Shown: piece after piece, positions 26,278 through 35,792 of the stretch | How positions within the stretch are numbered: position 1 is the stretch's first letter | How the letters are laid out: every line of letters begins with the position of its first letter | Source: Patescibacteria group bacterium | GTDB lineage: Bacteria > Patescibacteriota > Microgenomatia > Levybacterales > UBA12049 | Assembly: GCA_038062115.1 (NCBI GenBank) | Contig: JBBTXS010000009.1 | Coordinates: forward strand, 27,681 to 91,680 | Direction: 5' to 3' | Length of the DNA stretch: 64,000 bases | The notes under the pieces: generated by a model | Databases searched by the model: none | Seen by the model: the letters and a program-made list of their open reading frames with translations, nothing else | Told to the model about the DNA's origin: nothing | Translations under genes and position numbers: made by a program

Positions 26278-28389
26278 TTATAAACCTAGTTCCTGAGAAA
26301 TTCCTTGCATTGAGGTAAGTGTTATTTCTACAAATTGTGTTAATGGAATTCCTAATTTTTTCTCACATAATTTTATAGTCTCTCTATTTGCTCCTCTAGC
26401 AAATGATGGGGTATTAAATCGCTTCATCACAAATTTAGTATCAATCGATCCTAACTTTCTATCTTTATGAATCAATGCTGCGGCGACAATAATGCCAGTT
26501 AGTTGATCGCAACAGCTAATTGCCCAATCCATATCTGTAACCGGCTCAACACGAGTATTACTATAATTATGCGCTTTAATTGCATGAGCAATTGGCTCGG
26601 GTATAATATTTGGATCTTTTTCAAAAATCAGCAAGCCGTGTCTGTCTAATTTTTTTTCTTTCTGTGCAAGTTCATAATCAATATCATGTAGTAACCCTGT
26701 TATGACCCACTGCTTTTCGCTTGTCTCACTAAAATCATTTGCATGAAGATGTTTATAGATACCCTTCATAGTCGCCTCACAAGCCAAACAATGTTTAATA
26801 AGATTTTTCGATGATATGTATTTTGTTAACAAGCTATAAGCTTCTTTGCGTGTCATTTTTACTTGCTTAGAAATACTATCCAATCCTTTTTCCCTATCTT
26901 TCTTGAGAGCTTTTTTTAGCAGCGATGATTGTTGCTTCATATTTAATTCTGTTCTAAGTGTTGGGAAAAGAATCACTTCTTTTATTGCCCATGTATTTGT
27001 AAAAAACATTGTAAGTCTGTCTATTCCGATTCCAATGCCACCCAATGGAGGCACGCCGTATTCCATTGCCGTTAGAAAGTCTTCGTCTATCTGTTGTGCC
27101 GTCTCTTTATCTGTTCGGGCTATTTTTGTATCTCTTGTAAACCTATCCCTTTGAATTTGTGGGTCTGTGAGCTCCGACCACCCGTCGCATATTTCTTTCC
27201 CGCCAATATATCCTTCGAATCTTTCTACCCACCCTTTTTTACTCCGATGTGATTTTGAAAGAGGGCTTACATCCTCGGGATAATCAATAATCCATGTGGG
27301 CTCATGCAAAAGCTTGGGAATTTTATGTTCAAAAATCGCAAATATAAGTTGTCCTTTTGTTTCTCCACCAGCAAGCTGTATATCAGGGCATTTCTCTTTT
27401 GCATATCTTATTAAGCTTTCTTCCGTTTCTTTACCAATATCCAATCCTAACTTTTCTTTTAGGATTACAGACATTTCTATTCTTGGCCACTTGTTGCCAA
27501 TGTCTGTCTTCTTGTTCTTTACGTCTAGAACTGTGTGCCCGTAAATCTTTTTTGCCAAATGTTTAAAAAGTCCTTCTGCAACATCCATAACTCTTTGATA
27601 GTCTGCATAAGCCTCATACCACTCTATCATTGTGAACTCTGGAAAGTGTGCATGATCTATTCCTTCATTACGAAAGTCTTTACATATTTCATAAACTTTT
27701 TCATATCCACCAACAATAAGCCTCTTAAGATACAATTCGTCTGCAATTCTAAGATATACATCTTGATCTAAGGCATTAACATGAGTCTTAAAAGGTTTTG
27801 CATTTGCACCACCATATAGAGGTTGAAGAGTCGGAGTCTCTACTTCCCAAAAACCAATTTTATCAAGATACTCACGAATACCGCTAACTAGTTTTGTACG
27901 GATATTAAATCTTTTTCTAATCTCTAGATTAAGAAGCAAGTCAAGATATCTCTTCCGATAACGAGCCTCTGTATCTTTTAATCCAAACCATTCGCTTGGC
28001 AACGGCAATATAGACTTAGTTAGTAAAACAAACGAGGTTGGAGCAATTGAGATTTCTCCAGCAATAGTCTTTACAACTTTTCCTTCTACTCCAATAAAAT
28101 CTCCAATGTCCAATAAATTAATAACTTTATATTGCTCATCTCCTAACAATTTTTTCTGAAAGAAAATTTGTATTTTTCCAGTCTCGTCTTTTAAGTCTGC
28201 AAACGCAATATTTCCATGAGTTCGTAAAGAGAATATTCGACCGGAAGTCTTAACAATTTTTCCTTCACTTTTTAAAGCTTCTACAATAGTTTGTTTTTTT
28301 TGATATGAGGCAGGATATGGATCAATACCCAATGCTTTTAGTTTTTTAAGCTTTTCAATCCGTGCACTTCTTAAATCTAATTCTTCCAT
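26278..28389 (-). CDS. lysS: Lysyl-tRNA synthetase (class II) fused to a C-terminal HD-domain hydrolase
   Basis: The LysRS core ends about ...ILFPTLR. After a roughly 25-aa linker comes an HD domain from Met512 (ATG 26854-26856) with LIKHCLA...GLLHDIDYE...AIKAHN (COG2316-like). Single uninterrupted 703-aa ORF. Confidence 0.85.
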   Translation of the reverse strand: MEELDLRSARIEKLKKLKALGIDPYPASYQKKQTIVEALKSEGKIVKTSGRIFSLRTHGNIAFADLKDETGKIQIFFQKKLLGDEQYKVINLLDIGDFIGVEGKVVKTIAGEISIAPTSFVLLTKSILPLPSEWFGLKDTEARYRKRYLDLLLNLEIRKRFNIRTKLVSGIREYLDKIGFWEVETPTLQPLYGGANAKPFKTHVNALDQDVYLRIADELYLKRLIVGGYEKVYEICKDFRNEGIDHAHFPEFTMIEWYEAYADYQRVMDVAEGLFKHLAKKIYGHTVLDVKNKKTDIGNKWPRIEMSVILKEKLGLDIGKETEESLIRYAKEKCPDIQLAGGETKGQLIFAIFEHKIPKLLHEPTWIIDYPEDVSPLSKSHRSKKGWVERFEGYIGGKEICDGWSELTDPQIQRDRFTRDTKIARTDKETAQQIDEDFLTAMEYGVPPLGGIGIGIDRLTMFFTNTWAIKEVILFPTLRTELNMKQQSSLLKKALKKDREKGLDSISKQVKMTRKEAYSLLTKYISSKNLIKHCLACEATMKGIYKHLHANDFSETSEKQWVITGLLHDIDYELAQKEKKLDRHGLLIFEKDPNIIPEPIAHAIKAHNYSNTRVEPVTDMDWAISCCDQLTGIIVAAALIHKDRKLGSIDTKFVMKRFNTPSFARGANRETIKLCEKKLGIPLTQFVEITLTSMQGISQELGL

Positions 28390-28468
28390 AATAAATACAA
28401 CTCTAATATACCATCAATTGCATTAATTTGCCACTTTAATCCTAGTATGAGGATATTCTATTTGCGGC

Positions 28469-29365
28469 CTACTTATTTTTTTGGGGACACGGGGCAAATG
28501 CGCAACTTGGTGGTTGACGCGACACATACGACCCATCAGGACACAACTTCGCCTCCTGCGTACAAACCACTTGATCTTTCTGGTCCCCGCCTGTCGGCGA
28601 GGCAGGGGTGAATTTGAAGGTGGAGAGCATGCCATTAAATATCTCTATTTCTTTCACTGTAGGTAGAGAGCTATCAACATTTAAGCCATCTTTTAGAGCT
28701 CGCATAATACTAAAAGTATATTCGCCATTAACAACCTCAATTATTTCCCAAGATTCTAATGTTATTTTTTGGGCTGGTAATTCTCCAATAGTCACGTCTT
28801 CACAAGGACAACGATTAGTCTTTCCAATAGCAACTTGTATTTCTACGGGTGCTTTTAGGGGTTGTGGGAGAGATGGATCATCAGCGGAAGACGTATCATT
28901 GACCTGACGAGATAATTTGCCTATAGAAGAAGTGTAAAAGATTAAATGGAGAGGGTTACCAGCACTAACCTCTCGATAATCCCAATTTGTTGGATATTTA
29001 ATTTGGAACTTAGGTACGGATGAATTGGCCCTTATGAAGGCATACGTTTTCCAATCTGCAGTTTCCCCGACACCATTCGGTGCAGGGCTGGCACTTGGAG
29101 AGGGTTGGGAAGGCGTTGTTGGGGAAATTGAAGAGGGAGTAGTTGGGGGTGGGGATATTGGTTTTCTTGAAGGTAAGCTACGTACATATATGGTGGAAAA
29201 AATAAGAAGAAATACCAGAATAATTCCTGCTATGATCCAATAATTCGACTTTGCCAGATACCAGCCGGCACCTGGCTTTGCCAGGCGCCATCTGGTGCCT
29301 GGCTTTGGGCTTGCTGGGTTTACTGGTGGTTGCTGAACTTGGTTGTTAACAGCTTGCTCTTCCAT
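28469..29365 (-). CDS. Membrane-anchored secreted protein, distant member of the W-x-T-Y...ILSTF(K/R)F family with Cys-rich tail
   Basis: TM, Pro/Ser-rich linker, ADWKTYAF...FQIKYPTNW, ...MLSTFKFTP, then a CTQEAKLCPDG...CAFAPC extension. Confidence 0.6.
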   Translation of the reverse strand: MEEQAVNNQVQQPPVNPASPKPGTRWRLAKPGAGWYLAKSNYWIIAGIILVFLLIFSTIYVRSLPSRKPISPPPTTPSSISPTTPSQPSPSASPAPNGVGETADWKTYAFIRANSSVPKFQIKYPTNWDYREVSAGNPLHLIFYTSSIGKLSRQVNDTSSADDPSLPQPLKAPVEIQVAIGKTNRCPCEDVTIGELPAQKITLESWEIIEVVNGEYTFSIMRALKDGLNVDSSLPTVKEIEIFNGMLSTFKFTPASPTGGDQKDQVVCTQEAKLCPDGSYVSRQPPSCAFAPCPQKNK

Positions 29366-29509
29366 CTTCAAGATGAGTATAGCACATTTTTAACTGGTTC
29401 ATCTCGATAATTCACCTCTGAGGAGTCCATTCGGCCACCTCCGAGGTGTTGCGAAGGGATGCACCAGACGGTGCGTCCCGAAGCGACTCTTCGGATGGTG
29501 TATGTAAGT

Positions 29510-30478
29510 TTACTCCACAACTTCCATCTCAAGCTCGGGATTAAAACCAAAGGTTTTATAAAATTTTTCTTTTACTTTCTGAATAATAGAATAAACGTCA
29601 TTAAACTTTGCATCACCCACATTTACAATATAATTCGCGTGTTTTTTGGAGACTTCTGCTCCTCTAATTCTATAACCCGAAAACCCAAGCCGATTTATTA
29701 CGTACCCAGTTGATGTCTTGTTATACCACTTATTTACAACCAAATCTTTTATATCTGGCCACTTATCAATAATTTTTTCAACTTCTTCTTTTTTTGTAAT
29801 ATTTTTAAAAACAGACCCGCACGATGGAGAATCCATTGGGTGATTTTTATTTCTGTATTCTATATAAGATAAGTATGTCTCCTTAGCTTGGCCTAAAGTA
29901 CGCTTATTGGCATTATTCAACTTAAAAGAAGAGTTACCAATAATCCAGTTTTTATGTTCTTTAATTAAACTGTCTCTATAATCAAACTGTAACTGCGAAC
30001 CCTTGAGTGCTTTTTGAACAAATTCCCCATTAGCTCCAATTTCAAAAACCTCTATCTTATCAACGCTTTTACCAATTTCTCCCCCAAACGCTCCAACATT
30101 GCCTCGTACTGCTCCTCCAATTGTACTTGGTAATCCTCCTGCCCATTCCAGTCCAATTAGATTTTTTGAAAAACAAAATTGAATTAAATCATCCAAAAGC
30201 ACCGAAGAAAATGCTTCGATCAACCCCGAATCTTTTTGAGTTATTTCGTTTTTAGAAGAAGTTGAGAACCATAAAACCGCTCCATCAAAAAAATTATCAC
30301 TCATCAAAAGATTTGACCCAAGACCAACTGGCAATACTTTCTTGATCTGATTTTTTTTAACAAAATCTAAAGCTTCTAATAAATCAGTTTTGTTCTCTAT
30401 CTTTAATAAATACTGAGCATTCCCACCTATTCTATAATAGAGGATTTTTGAAAGGGAAAAGTTTTTATAGAGTTTCAT
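29510..30478 (-). CDS. murB: UDP-N-acetylenolpyruvoylglucosamine reductase MurB
   Basis: YRIGGNAQYLL, GLGSNLL, FKNP-like and C-terminal MurB motifs. Start set at ATG 30478 (the longer ORF enters the repeat). Confidence 0.85.
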   Translation of the reverse strand: MKLYKNFSLSKILYYRIGGNAQYLLKIENKTDLLEALDFVKKNQIKKVLPVGLGSNLLMSDNFFDGAVLWFSTSSKNEITQKDSGLIEAFSSVLLDDLIQFCFSKNLIGLEWAGGLPSTIGGAVRGNVGAFGGEIGKSVDKIEVFEIGANGEFVQKALKGSQLQFDYRDSLIKEHKNWIIGNSSFKLNNANKRTLGQAKETYLSYIEYRNKNHPMDSPSCGSVFKNITKKEEVEKIIDKWPDIKDLVVNKWYNKTSTGYVINRLGFSGYRIRGAEVSKKHANYIVNVGDAKFNDVYSIIQKVKEKFYKTFGFNPELEMEVVE

Positions 30479-30485
30479 GTCTTTT

Positions 30486-30562
30486 GTCATTGCGAGCGAC
30501 TGAAAGGAGCGTGGCAATCTCTTGTTAATTGTGATTGCTTCGTCGTTCCTCCTCGCAATGAC
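30486..30562. repeat. GTCATTGCGA...TCGCAATGAC element (subtype I)
   Basis: Same termini and central GGCAATCTC/GATTGCTTC as 1394-1484. Intergenic between kbl and murB. Confidence 0.8.
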
Positions 30563-30581
30563 ATGGTTAGTAATTTCATTA

Positions 30582-31850
30582 TTATTTGATGACCTTCAGT
30601 TCCTTTGCGACTTCCTCAAAAGCTTTAAGTCCAAAATCCAAATCTTCCCTGGAATGAGAAGCAGATGGAATTACCCTAATTCTAGATTTTCCTTTTGGAA
30701 CCATTGGAAATTTGATTGGAGTTGCAAAAACCCCATTTTCAAAAAGCTTTGCAGAAAAAGAAACTGCCAAATTTTCATCTCCAAGCATTACAGGCGTTAT
30801 AGGAGTAATGCTTTCTCCAATATCAAATCCTAACTTTTTAAAAGCTTTCTTTATATACGTTGTGTTGTCCCAAAGTTTTTTAACTAACTCGTCTGATGAT
30901 TCTAAAATTTTTACACCCTCTATTAAAGCAGCTGTATCTGGAATGGTTAGGGCGCTTGAGAATAAAAACTGTCTTGCTTTTTGCTTGTAAAAATCAATCA
31001 ACGCCTTTTTTCCAGTTATAAAGCCTCCTATTACGCTAAATGCCTTAGACAAGGTTCCGACTTCTATGTCAACTTGCCCATGAAGACCGAAATGATCAAC
31101 TACTCCTCGGCCTCCCTTTCCCATAACTCCTTCTCCGTGAGCATCATCAACCATTGTTAACGCACCATATTTTTTTGCAAGTTTTACAATATCAGGAAGC
31201 GGAGCCAGATCTCCATCCATAGAAAACACACCATCGGTGACAATAAGAATGAGAGGAGAACTGTCATTGCGAGGAGTCGCAGGCGACGCGGCAATCTCTG
31301 AACTAGATTGCTTCCCCCTCGACAGGCTCGGGGTCGTAATGACAACACGACGTAACCTATCTGCTTCTTTCAGTTTTTCTTCCAAACTCTTAGAATCTGT
31401 GTGTTTATAAATGAATTTGTTTTTAACTTGAGAAAGTCTTACTGCATCAATAATCGAAGCGTGATTTAATTCGTCTGATATTATAATATCCTCTTTATCT
31501 AGAATTGTCTGAATTGCGGCCATATTTGCCAAATATCCGCCAGAAACAACAATTGCAGCATCAGCATTTTTAAAACGAGCCAATGCTTTTTCTAACTCAA
31601 CATGGAGAATATGAGTCCCAGCAAGAGTTCTATATCCTGTGCCAATTCCGTATTTTTCAACCGCTTTTTTGGCTGCCTCTTTCAATCTGTCATTAACAGC
31701 CAATCCCAAATAATGGCTGGAGCAAAAATTAAGCTTTTTTTTACCGCTAATGGTAAGATACGAGCCTTGCCCAGATTCAATAATCTTAGGAGTCGCTCCC
31801 AACTTAACAATGTCTTCTAGTTTTTTATAAAAGTTGTTAACGTTATTCAT
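30582..31850 (-). CDS. kbl: 2-amino-3-ketobutyrate CoA ligase (glycine C-acetyltransferase), with an internal repeat-encoded insertion
   Basis: PLP-dependent alpha-oxoamine synthase motifs (DDAHG, GTLSKA) immediately downstream of tdh. An alternative ATG 31868 lies inside a repeat terminus. Confidence 0.85.
   Translation of the reverse strand: MNNVNNFYKKLEDIVKLGATPKIIESGQGSYLTISGKKKLNFCSSHYLGLAVNDRLKEAAKKAVEKYGIGTGYRTLAGTHILHVELEKALARFKNADAAIVVSGGYLANMAAIQTILDKEDIIISDELNHASIIDAVRLSQVKNKFIYKHTDSKSLEEKLKEADRLRRVVITTPSLSRGKQSSSEIAASPATPRNDSSPLILIVTDGVFSMDGDLAPLPDIVKLAKKYGALTMVDDAHGEGVMGKGGRGVVDHFGLHGQVDIEVGTLSKAFSVIGGFITGKKALIDFYKQKARQFLFSSALTIPDTAALIEGVKILESSDELVKKLWDNTTYIKKAFKKLGFDIGESITPITPVMLGDENLAVSFSAKLFENGVFATPIKFPMVPKGKSRIRVIPSASHSREDLDFGLKAFEEVAKELKVIK
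31263..31343. repeat. GTCATTGCGA...CGTAATGAC element (subtype I) inserted in frame in kbl
   Basis: 81 bp (27 codons) translated as ...[28 protein letters not shown]..., just before the conserved [15 protein letters not shown] block. Confidence 0.8.
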
Positions 31851-31863
31851 CTTACGCAAACTC

Positions 31864-31908
31864 GTCATTCTGGCAAGTGATCAGGCGAAGCTTGATCCCC
31901 AGAATGAC
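31864..31908. repeat. Short GTCATTCTGG...CCAGAATGAC element (subtype II)
   Basis: 45 bp with a 10-bp outer stem and one inner hairpin, between tdh and kbl. Its GTCATT overlaps a possible kbl ATG. Confidence 0.75.
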
Positions 31909-31929
31909 GGCGCATACTATATCTTTTTA

Positions 31930-32949
31930 TTATGGTGTAAGAACAATCTTTCCACATTCGCCACTTTTCATAATCTTCATCGCTTCTTCAAATTCAGAAA
32001 GCTTAAATCGATGAGTTATGATTTTTCGCAAATCTACCTTGCCTGAAACCAAAAGCTTTGTCGTATCCTTCCATGTATCCCAAATCATTCTACCAAATAC
32101 TGATTCTATTAATAATTCCTTGTTAATCATATATTTTCCCCAATCGATACTGATATTTTCTTTGGGAATTCCAAAAGCAATAATTTTTCCAGCAATTCTT
32201 ACAGCGTCCAATCCAATTTGAATGCCCAAACGATTCCCGCTCATCTCCAAAACTGCGTCAAAAGTACCGTATTCTTTCTCATCAACCTTGTCTGTTACTC
32301 GATCAAATCCAATTTTTTTAGCGAGTTTTCTCCTATATTCTCTTCTGTTTACTCCAACTACCTCTTTTGCTCCATACGCTTTTGCTACCATCCCAGCACA
32401 AAGTCCAGTTGGGCCAAGACCCATTACCAAAACCTTTTTGCCTTTTACCTTTGCTTTTGTTACTACATTGACAGCATTACCAAGCGGCTCCTGAACGCTC
32501 ATCGCCTCAACAGGAATCTTGGGATTGTTTTTCCAAGTGGTCCGAAGAGGAATAGTGGCATACTCTGCAAACGCGCCATCTCGGCCTATTCCAAAAAGCT
32601 TCATGTTTTCGCAAATATGATAATTTTTAATTTTACATTGATAACAATTCTGGCAAAAAATATGCGTTTCAGAGGAAACAAGATCGCCAACTTTAATATC
32701 AGTTTTTTTCTTGGTATTTATTTCAACAACTTTTCCTACCATTTCATGCCCCATGATTTGAGGAGGCTTGATATGGTCTTCTGCCCATGGAATCCAATCG
32801 TATATTCCAATATCAGTGCCACAAATAGATGCATGAACTACTTTAACTAAAACTTCATCTTTCTTGGGCTTTAGAACTGGAACTCTTTTGACAACAATAC
32901 CCGGAGCAGGATTTTCTTTAACTACAGCAATCATTGTTTTGTTTTTCAT
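31930..32949 (-). CDS. tdh: L-threonine 3-dehydrogenase (Zn-dependent MDR family)
   Basis: HASICGTDIGIYDW, GHEMVGKVVE, a structural Zn Cys cluster (CQNCYQCK) and a GLGPTG Rossmann motif. Paired with kbl. Confidence 0.85.
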   Translation of the reverse strand: MKNKTMIAVVKENPAPGIVVKRVPVLKPKKDEVLVKVVHASICGTDIGIYDWIPWAEDHIKPPQIMGHEMVGKVVEINTKKKTDIKVGDLVSSETHIFCQNCYQCKIKNYHICENMKLFGIGRDGAFAEYATIPLRTTWKNNPKIPVEAMSVQEPLGNAVNVVTKAKVKGKKVLVMGLGPTGLCAGMVAKAYGAKEVVGVNRREYRRKLAKKIGFDRVTDKVDEKEYGTFDAVLEMSGNRLGIQIGLDAVRIAGKIIAFGIPKENISIDWGKYMINKELLIESVFGRMIWDTWKDTTKLLVSGKVDLRKIITHRFKLSEFEEAMKIMKSGECGKIVLTP

Positions 32950-33042
32950 AAAAGTTTGCAGTTCTAATTATAGTAAAAATGGTTACAAAGTCAATTAAAT
33001 ATAAATTTTGATAAAATTAATAAAATGTGTTAAAATTTTAAC

Positions 33043-33702
33043 ATGGTTACTGTTGCCGAAGGCGTTAAAAGGATTATAGAGCGGTCAAGATATTTGCAAG
33101 AAGCTCTAGAAAAAGAGCTTATTAATATCTCTTCACTTGCTCGTTATATAAAACCAGAGCTTGAGGAAATGCTTATTAAAAAAACAAGCAAATCCGCAAT
33201 CATTATGGCTGTGCGACGTGTAACAAAAAAGCTCAAGCCGCGTATTGCCTATAAAAATATATTCAAAACACCACCTGACATGATAATCCAGTCAAATTTA
33301 GTAGAAGTCACTATAAATAAGTCTAAAATCCCGATTAATACCTATTCAGATCTTTTGAAATTAGCTAGATCCCGAACAGAAGGCTTTTTTACCATAACAG
33401 AAGGCGTTTTTGAAACAACCATAATTGTAAGCAGAGATTTATACAAAGATATTAAAACTTTGCTTAAAAAGGAAACAATTGTTGCGGAGTTTTATGATCT
33501 TTGTTCCATTACAGTCAGGCTTCCAAAAGAAGCAATATTTATCCCAGGTGTATTTTATTTTTTCTTAAAATCTCTTGCTTGGGAAGGTATTAATATAATA
33601 GAAGTAGTCTCAGCATATCGTGAATTCACTCTTATCTTAGAGCGGAAAGGCACAAATAAGGTTTTTTCCATACTGCAAGCATTATTTCCACAGAGCATAT
33701 AA
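33043..33702 (+). CDS. Hypothetical protein (possible ACT-like C-terminal fold)
   Basis: 219-aa ORF. The C-terminal ...GINIIEVVSAYREFTLILER... weakly resembles ACT-type domains. Confidence 0.4.
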   Translation: MVTVAEGVKRIIERSRYLQEALEKELINISSLARYIKPELEEMLIKKTSKSAIIMAVRRVTKKLKPRIAYKNIFKTPPDMIIQSNLVEVTINKSKIPINTYSDLLKLARSRTEGFFTITEGVFETTIIVSRDLYKDIKTLLKKETIVAEFYDLCSITVRLPKEAIFIPGVFYFFLKSLAWEGINIIEVVSAYREFTLILERKGTNKVFSILQALFPQSI

Positions 33703-33725
33703 ATTTAATGCAGCAAATATATTAC

Positions 33726-34205
33726 CTAGTGAACGCTAACAATAGTATAGGTAATTTCCCCAGCAGGCGCCTCTACCTTAACTTTCTCGCCAACTTTTTT
33801 GCCAATTAGCGCCTTACCAAGTGGAGATTCGTGAGATATTTTCCTTTCTTTTGGATCTGCTTCCCATTCTCCAACTACTGTAAAAATTGCTTTTTTACCT
33901 TTTGCATGTAACGTTACTGTTGATCCCAGTTTTACTGCATGACTTGGAGCTTTACTATCTTTTATAACAACTGCCTCTTTTAGAAGTTCTTCAAGCTCAT
34001 CGATTCTGCCGTCTATAAAAGACAGCTCTTCCCGTGCTGCCACATATTCAGCATTCTCTGCTAAATCTCCCATATTCCTTGCCTGCGTAACCCGAGAAAG
34101 AATATCCGGCCGCTTTATGTTAGTAAGCTCATCGTATTCTTTTTTTAGCTCGGCCATTCCTTCTTTTGTTAAATAAATTTTTTTGTTATTATCCATAGGT
34201 GCCAT
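33726..34205 (-). CDS. greA: Transcription elongation factor GreA
   Basis: LTKEGMAELKKEYDEL...AENAEYVAAREE coiled coil and a C-terminal FKBP-like domain. SD GGAGGG before ATG 34205. Confidence 0.9.
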   Translation of the reverse strand: MAPMDNNKKIYLTKEGMAELKKEYDELTNIKRPDILSRVTQARNMGDLAENAEYVAAREELSFIDGRIDELEELLKEAVVIKDSKAPSHAVKLGSTVTLHAKGKKAIFTVVGEWEADPKERKISHESPLGKALIGKKVGEKVKVEAPAGEITYTIVSVH

Positions 34206-34258
34206 CAAAAATCCCTCCAGTAACTGCAGTTGAGGGATAATAGATAAAAGCAATAAAA

Positions 34259-34287
34259 AATATATAGTAAAATGCTGCTTTTGTCAA
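34259..34287 (-). promoter_or_regulatory. Sigma70-like promoter of greA (TTGACA-17-TATATT)
   Basis: Read on the minus strand: TTGACA (34282-34287), a 17-nt spacer, TATATT (34259-34264). Confidence 0.5.
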
Positions 34288-34328
34288 TAACCTCTAGTGC
34301 AAACGGCGAGGAAATCGCCTAAAAGGGA

Positions 34329-34545
34329 TTATATAGCCGTCTCCGAAAGATGAATAATCGCAAAAAAAATTTTTCTCAAAGGTTTAGATTGCTCGTTGTT
34401 TAGCCAAAAGAATTTTATTTTTGGATTATCTTTACACAAATATTCAAACAATTGTAAATCATCATCAACATATATCAAGAAGAGCTACTTTGTATTTTTC
34501 TTTAAGAAGTTTTTTGCCAGATGATAACCCAAAAACCCAGCGCCT
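34329..34545 (-). pseudogene. Remnant of an NAD-dependent epimerase/dehydratase N-terminus
   Basis: The minus strand reads GAGFLGYHLAKNFL (Rossmann GxGFxGxHL), then after a 1-nt frameshift EKYKVALLDIYVDDD...AIIHLSE, then a stop. No start codon and no C-terminal two-thirds. Confidence 0.5.
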
Positions 34546-35792
34546 ATTTTACAATCTCGCCTATTTGAAAGGCAATATTTCCATTTGGATAATGAATTGT
34601 TTTCTTTATTAAAAAATCTTTAGCAAAATTGGATTTTGAAAGATAGTCAGGACTTAATGAAAATAATTGCCGTTTCGATGGATCGTAAATATGAGGATCT
34701 CGGAAAAAGTCTCCCATTTTACATTTTGATCGGCAAGTATTTTCTGGATCATAGAAAGAAAGAAATATATGTCCAGCATTAAATTCTCCACTCATGTATA
34801 GCTCGTCATAATTATCCTTTACCGAACGAAAGTATTTCATTATATCCCTTGGCCCATACTGCCAACCCCAAAAATCAGACGAATATAAAGGATATTGAAT
34901 AAAATAAAATTTTGTAAAGAAAACTAAATTTAATAGAATTACAATTATGATTATAGAAACAGGAATATAGCTATGAATAAACTTTTTTGCATGCAATATT
35001 GTTGTCGCAATACCTAAGCTAATAAGTATTACATACAAAGGCGCACCAATAACAGAACGACTGGTAAAGGGAGCCTCTGCAGTAACTGCTCCTGCTATCG
35101 GATAGATAAGAAGCCAATACATAAGTAGCTGTGTGGTTTTATTGTTTTTCATTGTGAGAAAAGTATGTATCAATCCAATTAGTATGAATGGGAGTGTTGT
35201 TATCAATAAAGGCGTTAAACCCCCTACAAAATGTCGTGTAATAAAAGTGGGCTCGCCTGAAATGAAATAAGAAGGAGACAACTGGACAATAAAGTTTTGA
35301 ATAATGCGCAAGACACTTTGTGGAAAAAAAAGTTACATAAATAGTAAACTCAAATCCTGTTCTGTTATAGTGAATTAGCCACGGCATTGTGGCTGTTATA
35401 AAAGCAGTCAGCAGTCCAAAAGAGCGACTTTTCTTAGAACTAATTTCCTTTCCTATCAAATACATTGCAATTATTGTTATTAGACCATAAAGCACTGAAG
35501 GTAATCTTGTACTTAGTTCGTTTAACCCAAGTAAACCAATAAAGGGGATTGTTGAATATATGGCTAATGGAGGACGATAATCTTCAAAAGATTGAAAGAA
35601 TATGGGATAAGAAACGCCATACTCATTTGTTCCTTTTGTAAGTATTGTATAAGCGTTATAACCAATAGATGCTTCATCTGCAAAAAATCCAGTAGGAGTT
35701 TCAGAAAGTTTGTAAATTCTTATGAAAAAACCAAGAAAAACAATAAGTATTAATAATACATAATGTAGTTTAACGTTATTTATCATTCTCAA
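34544..35792 (-). pseudogene. GT-C (PMT_2/ArnT-like) membrane glycosyltransferase split by a frameshift in a T8 tract
   Basis: The N-part (35139-35792, GFFADEASIGYNAY motif) and C-part (34544-35311) are in frames differing by 1. Removing one base of the A8 run at 35324-35331 joins them (...YVTFFPQSVLRIIQNF...). Confidence 0.7.

Noticed and set aside
29262-29310. GC-rich palindromic tandem (CCTGGCTTTGCCAGG units) inside the 28469-29365 gene as another mobile hairpin insertion
   Set aside because: It encodes a short tandem peptide repeat (KPGxxWxLAK) near the N-terminus and has no counterpart elsewhere in the window. There is too little evidence to separate it from simple local duplication.
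29395-29505. 5S rRNA or SRP RNA identity for the GC-rich structured intergenic segments (29413-29494 and 35940-36042)
   Set aside because: Neither contains the conserved 5S loop C/E sequences in the right arrangement, nor the SRP domain IV motif (GGAA-capped helix with AGCAGCC-type strands). The similarities are limited to short chance matches such as CCGAA and GAGGTGAA.
32218-32850. Long antisense ORFs in the track (for example 32218-32850 opposite tdh, 18408-18950 opposite pnp, 61414-61899 opposite the GT4 gene, 2391-2804 opposite pilB)
   Set aside because: They lie entirely within strongly supported genes on the other strand. They have low-complexity or hydrophobic composition typical of shadow ORFs in AT-rich DNA, and show no recognisable motifs.
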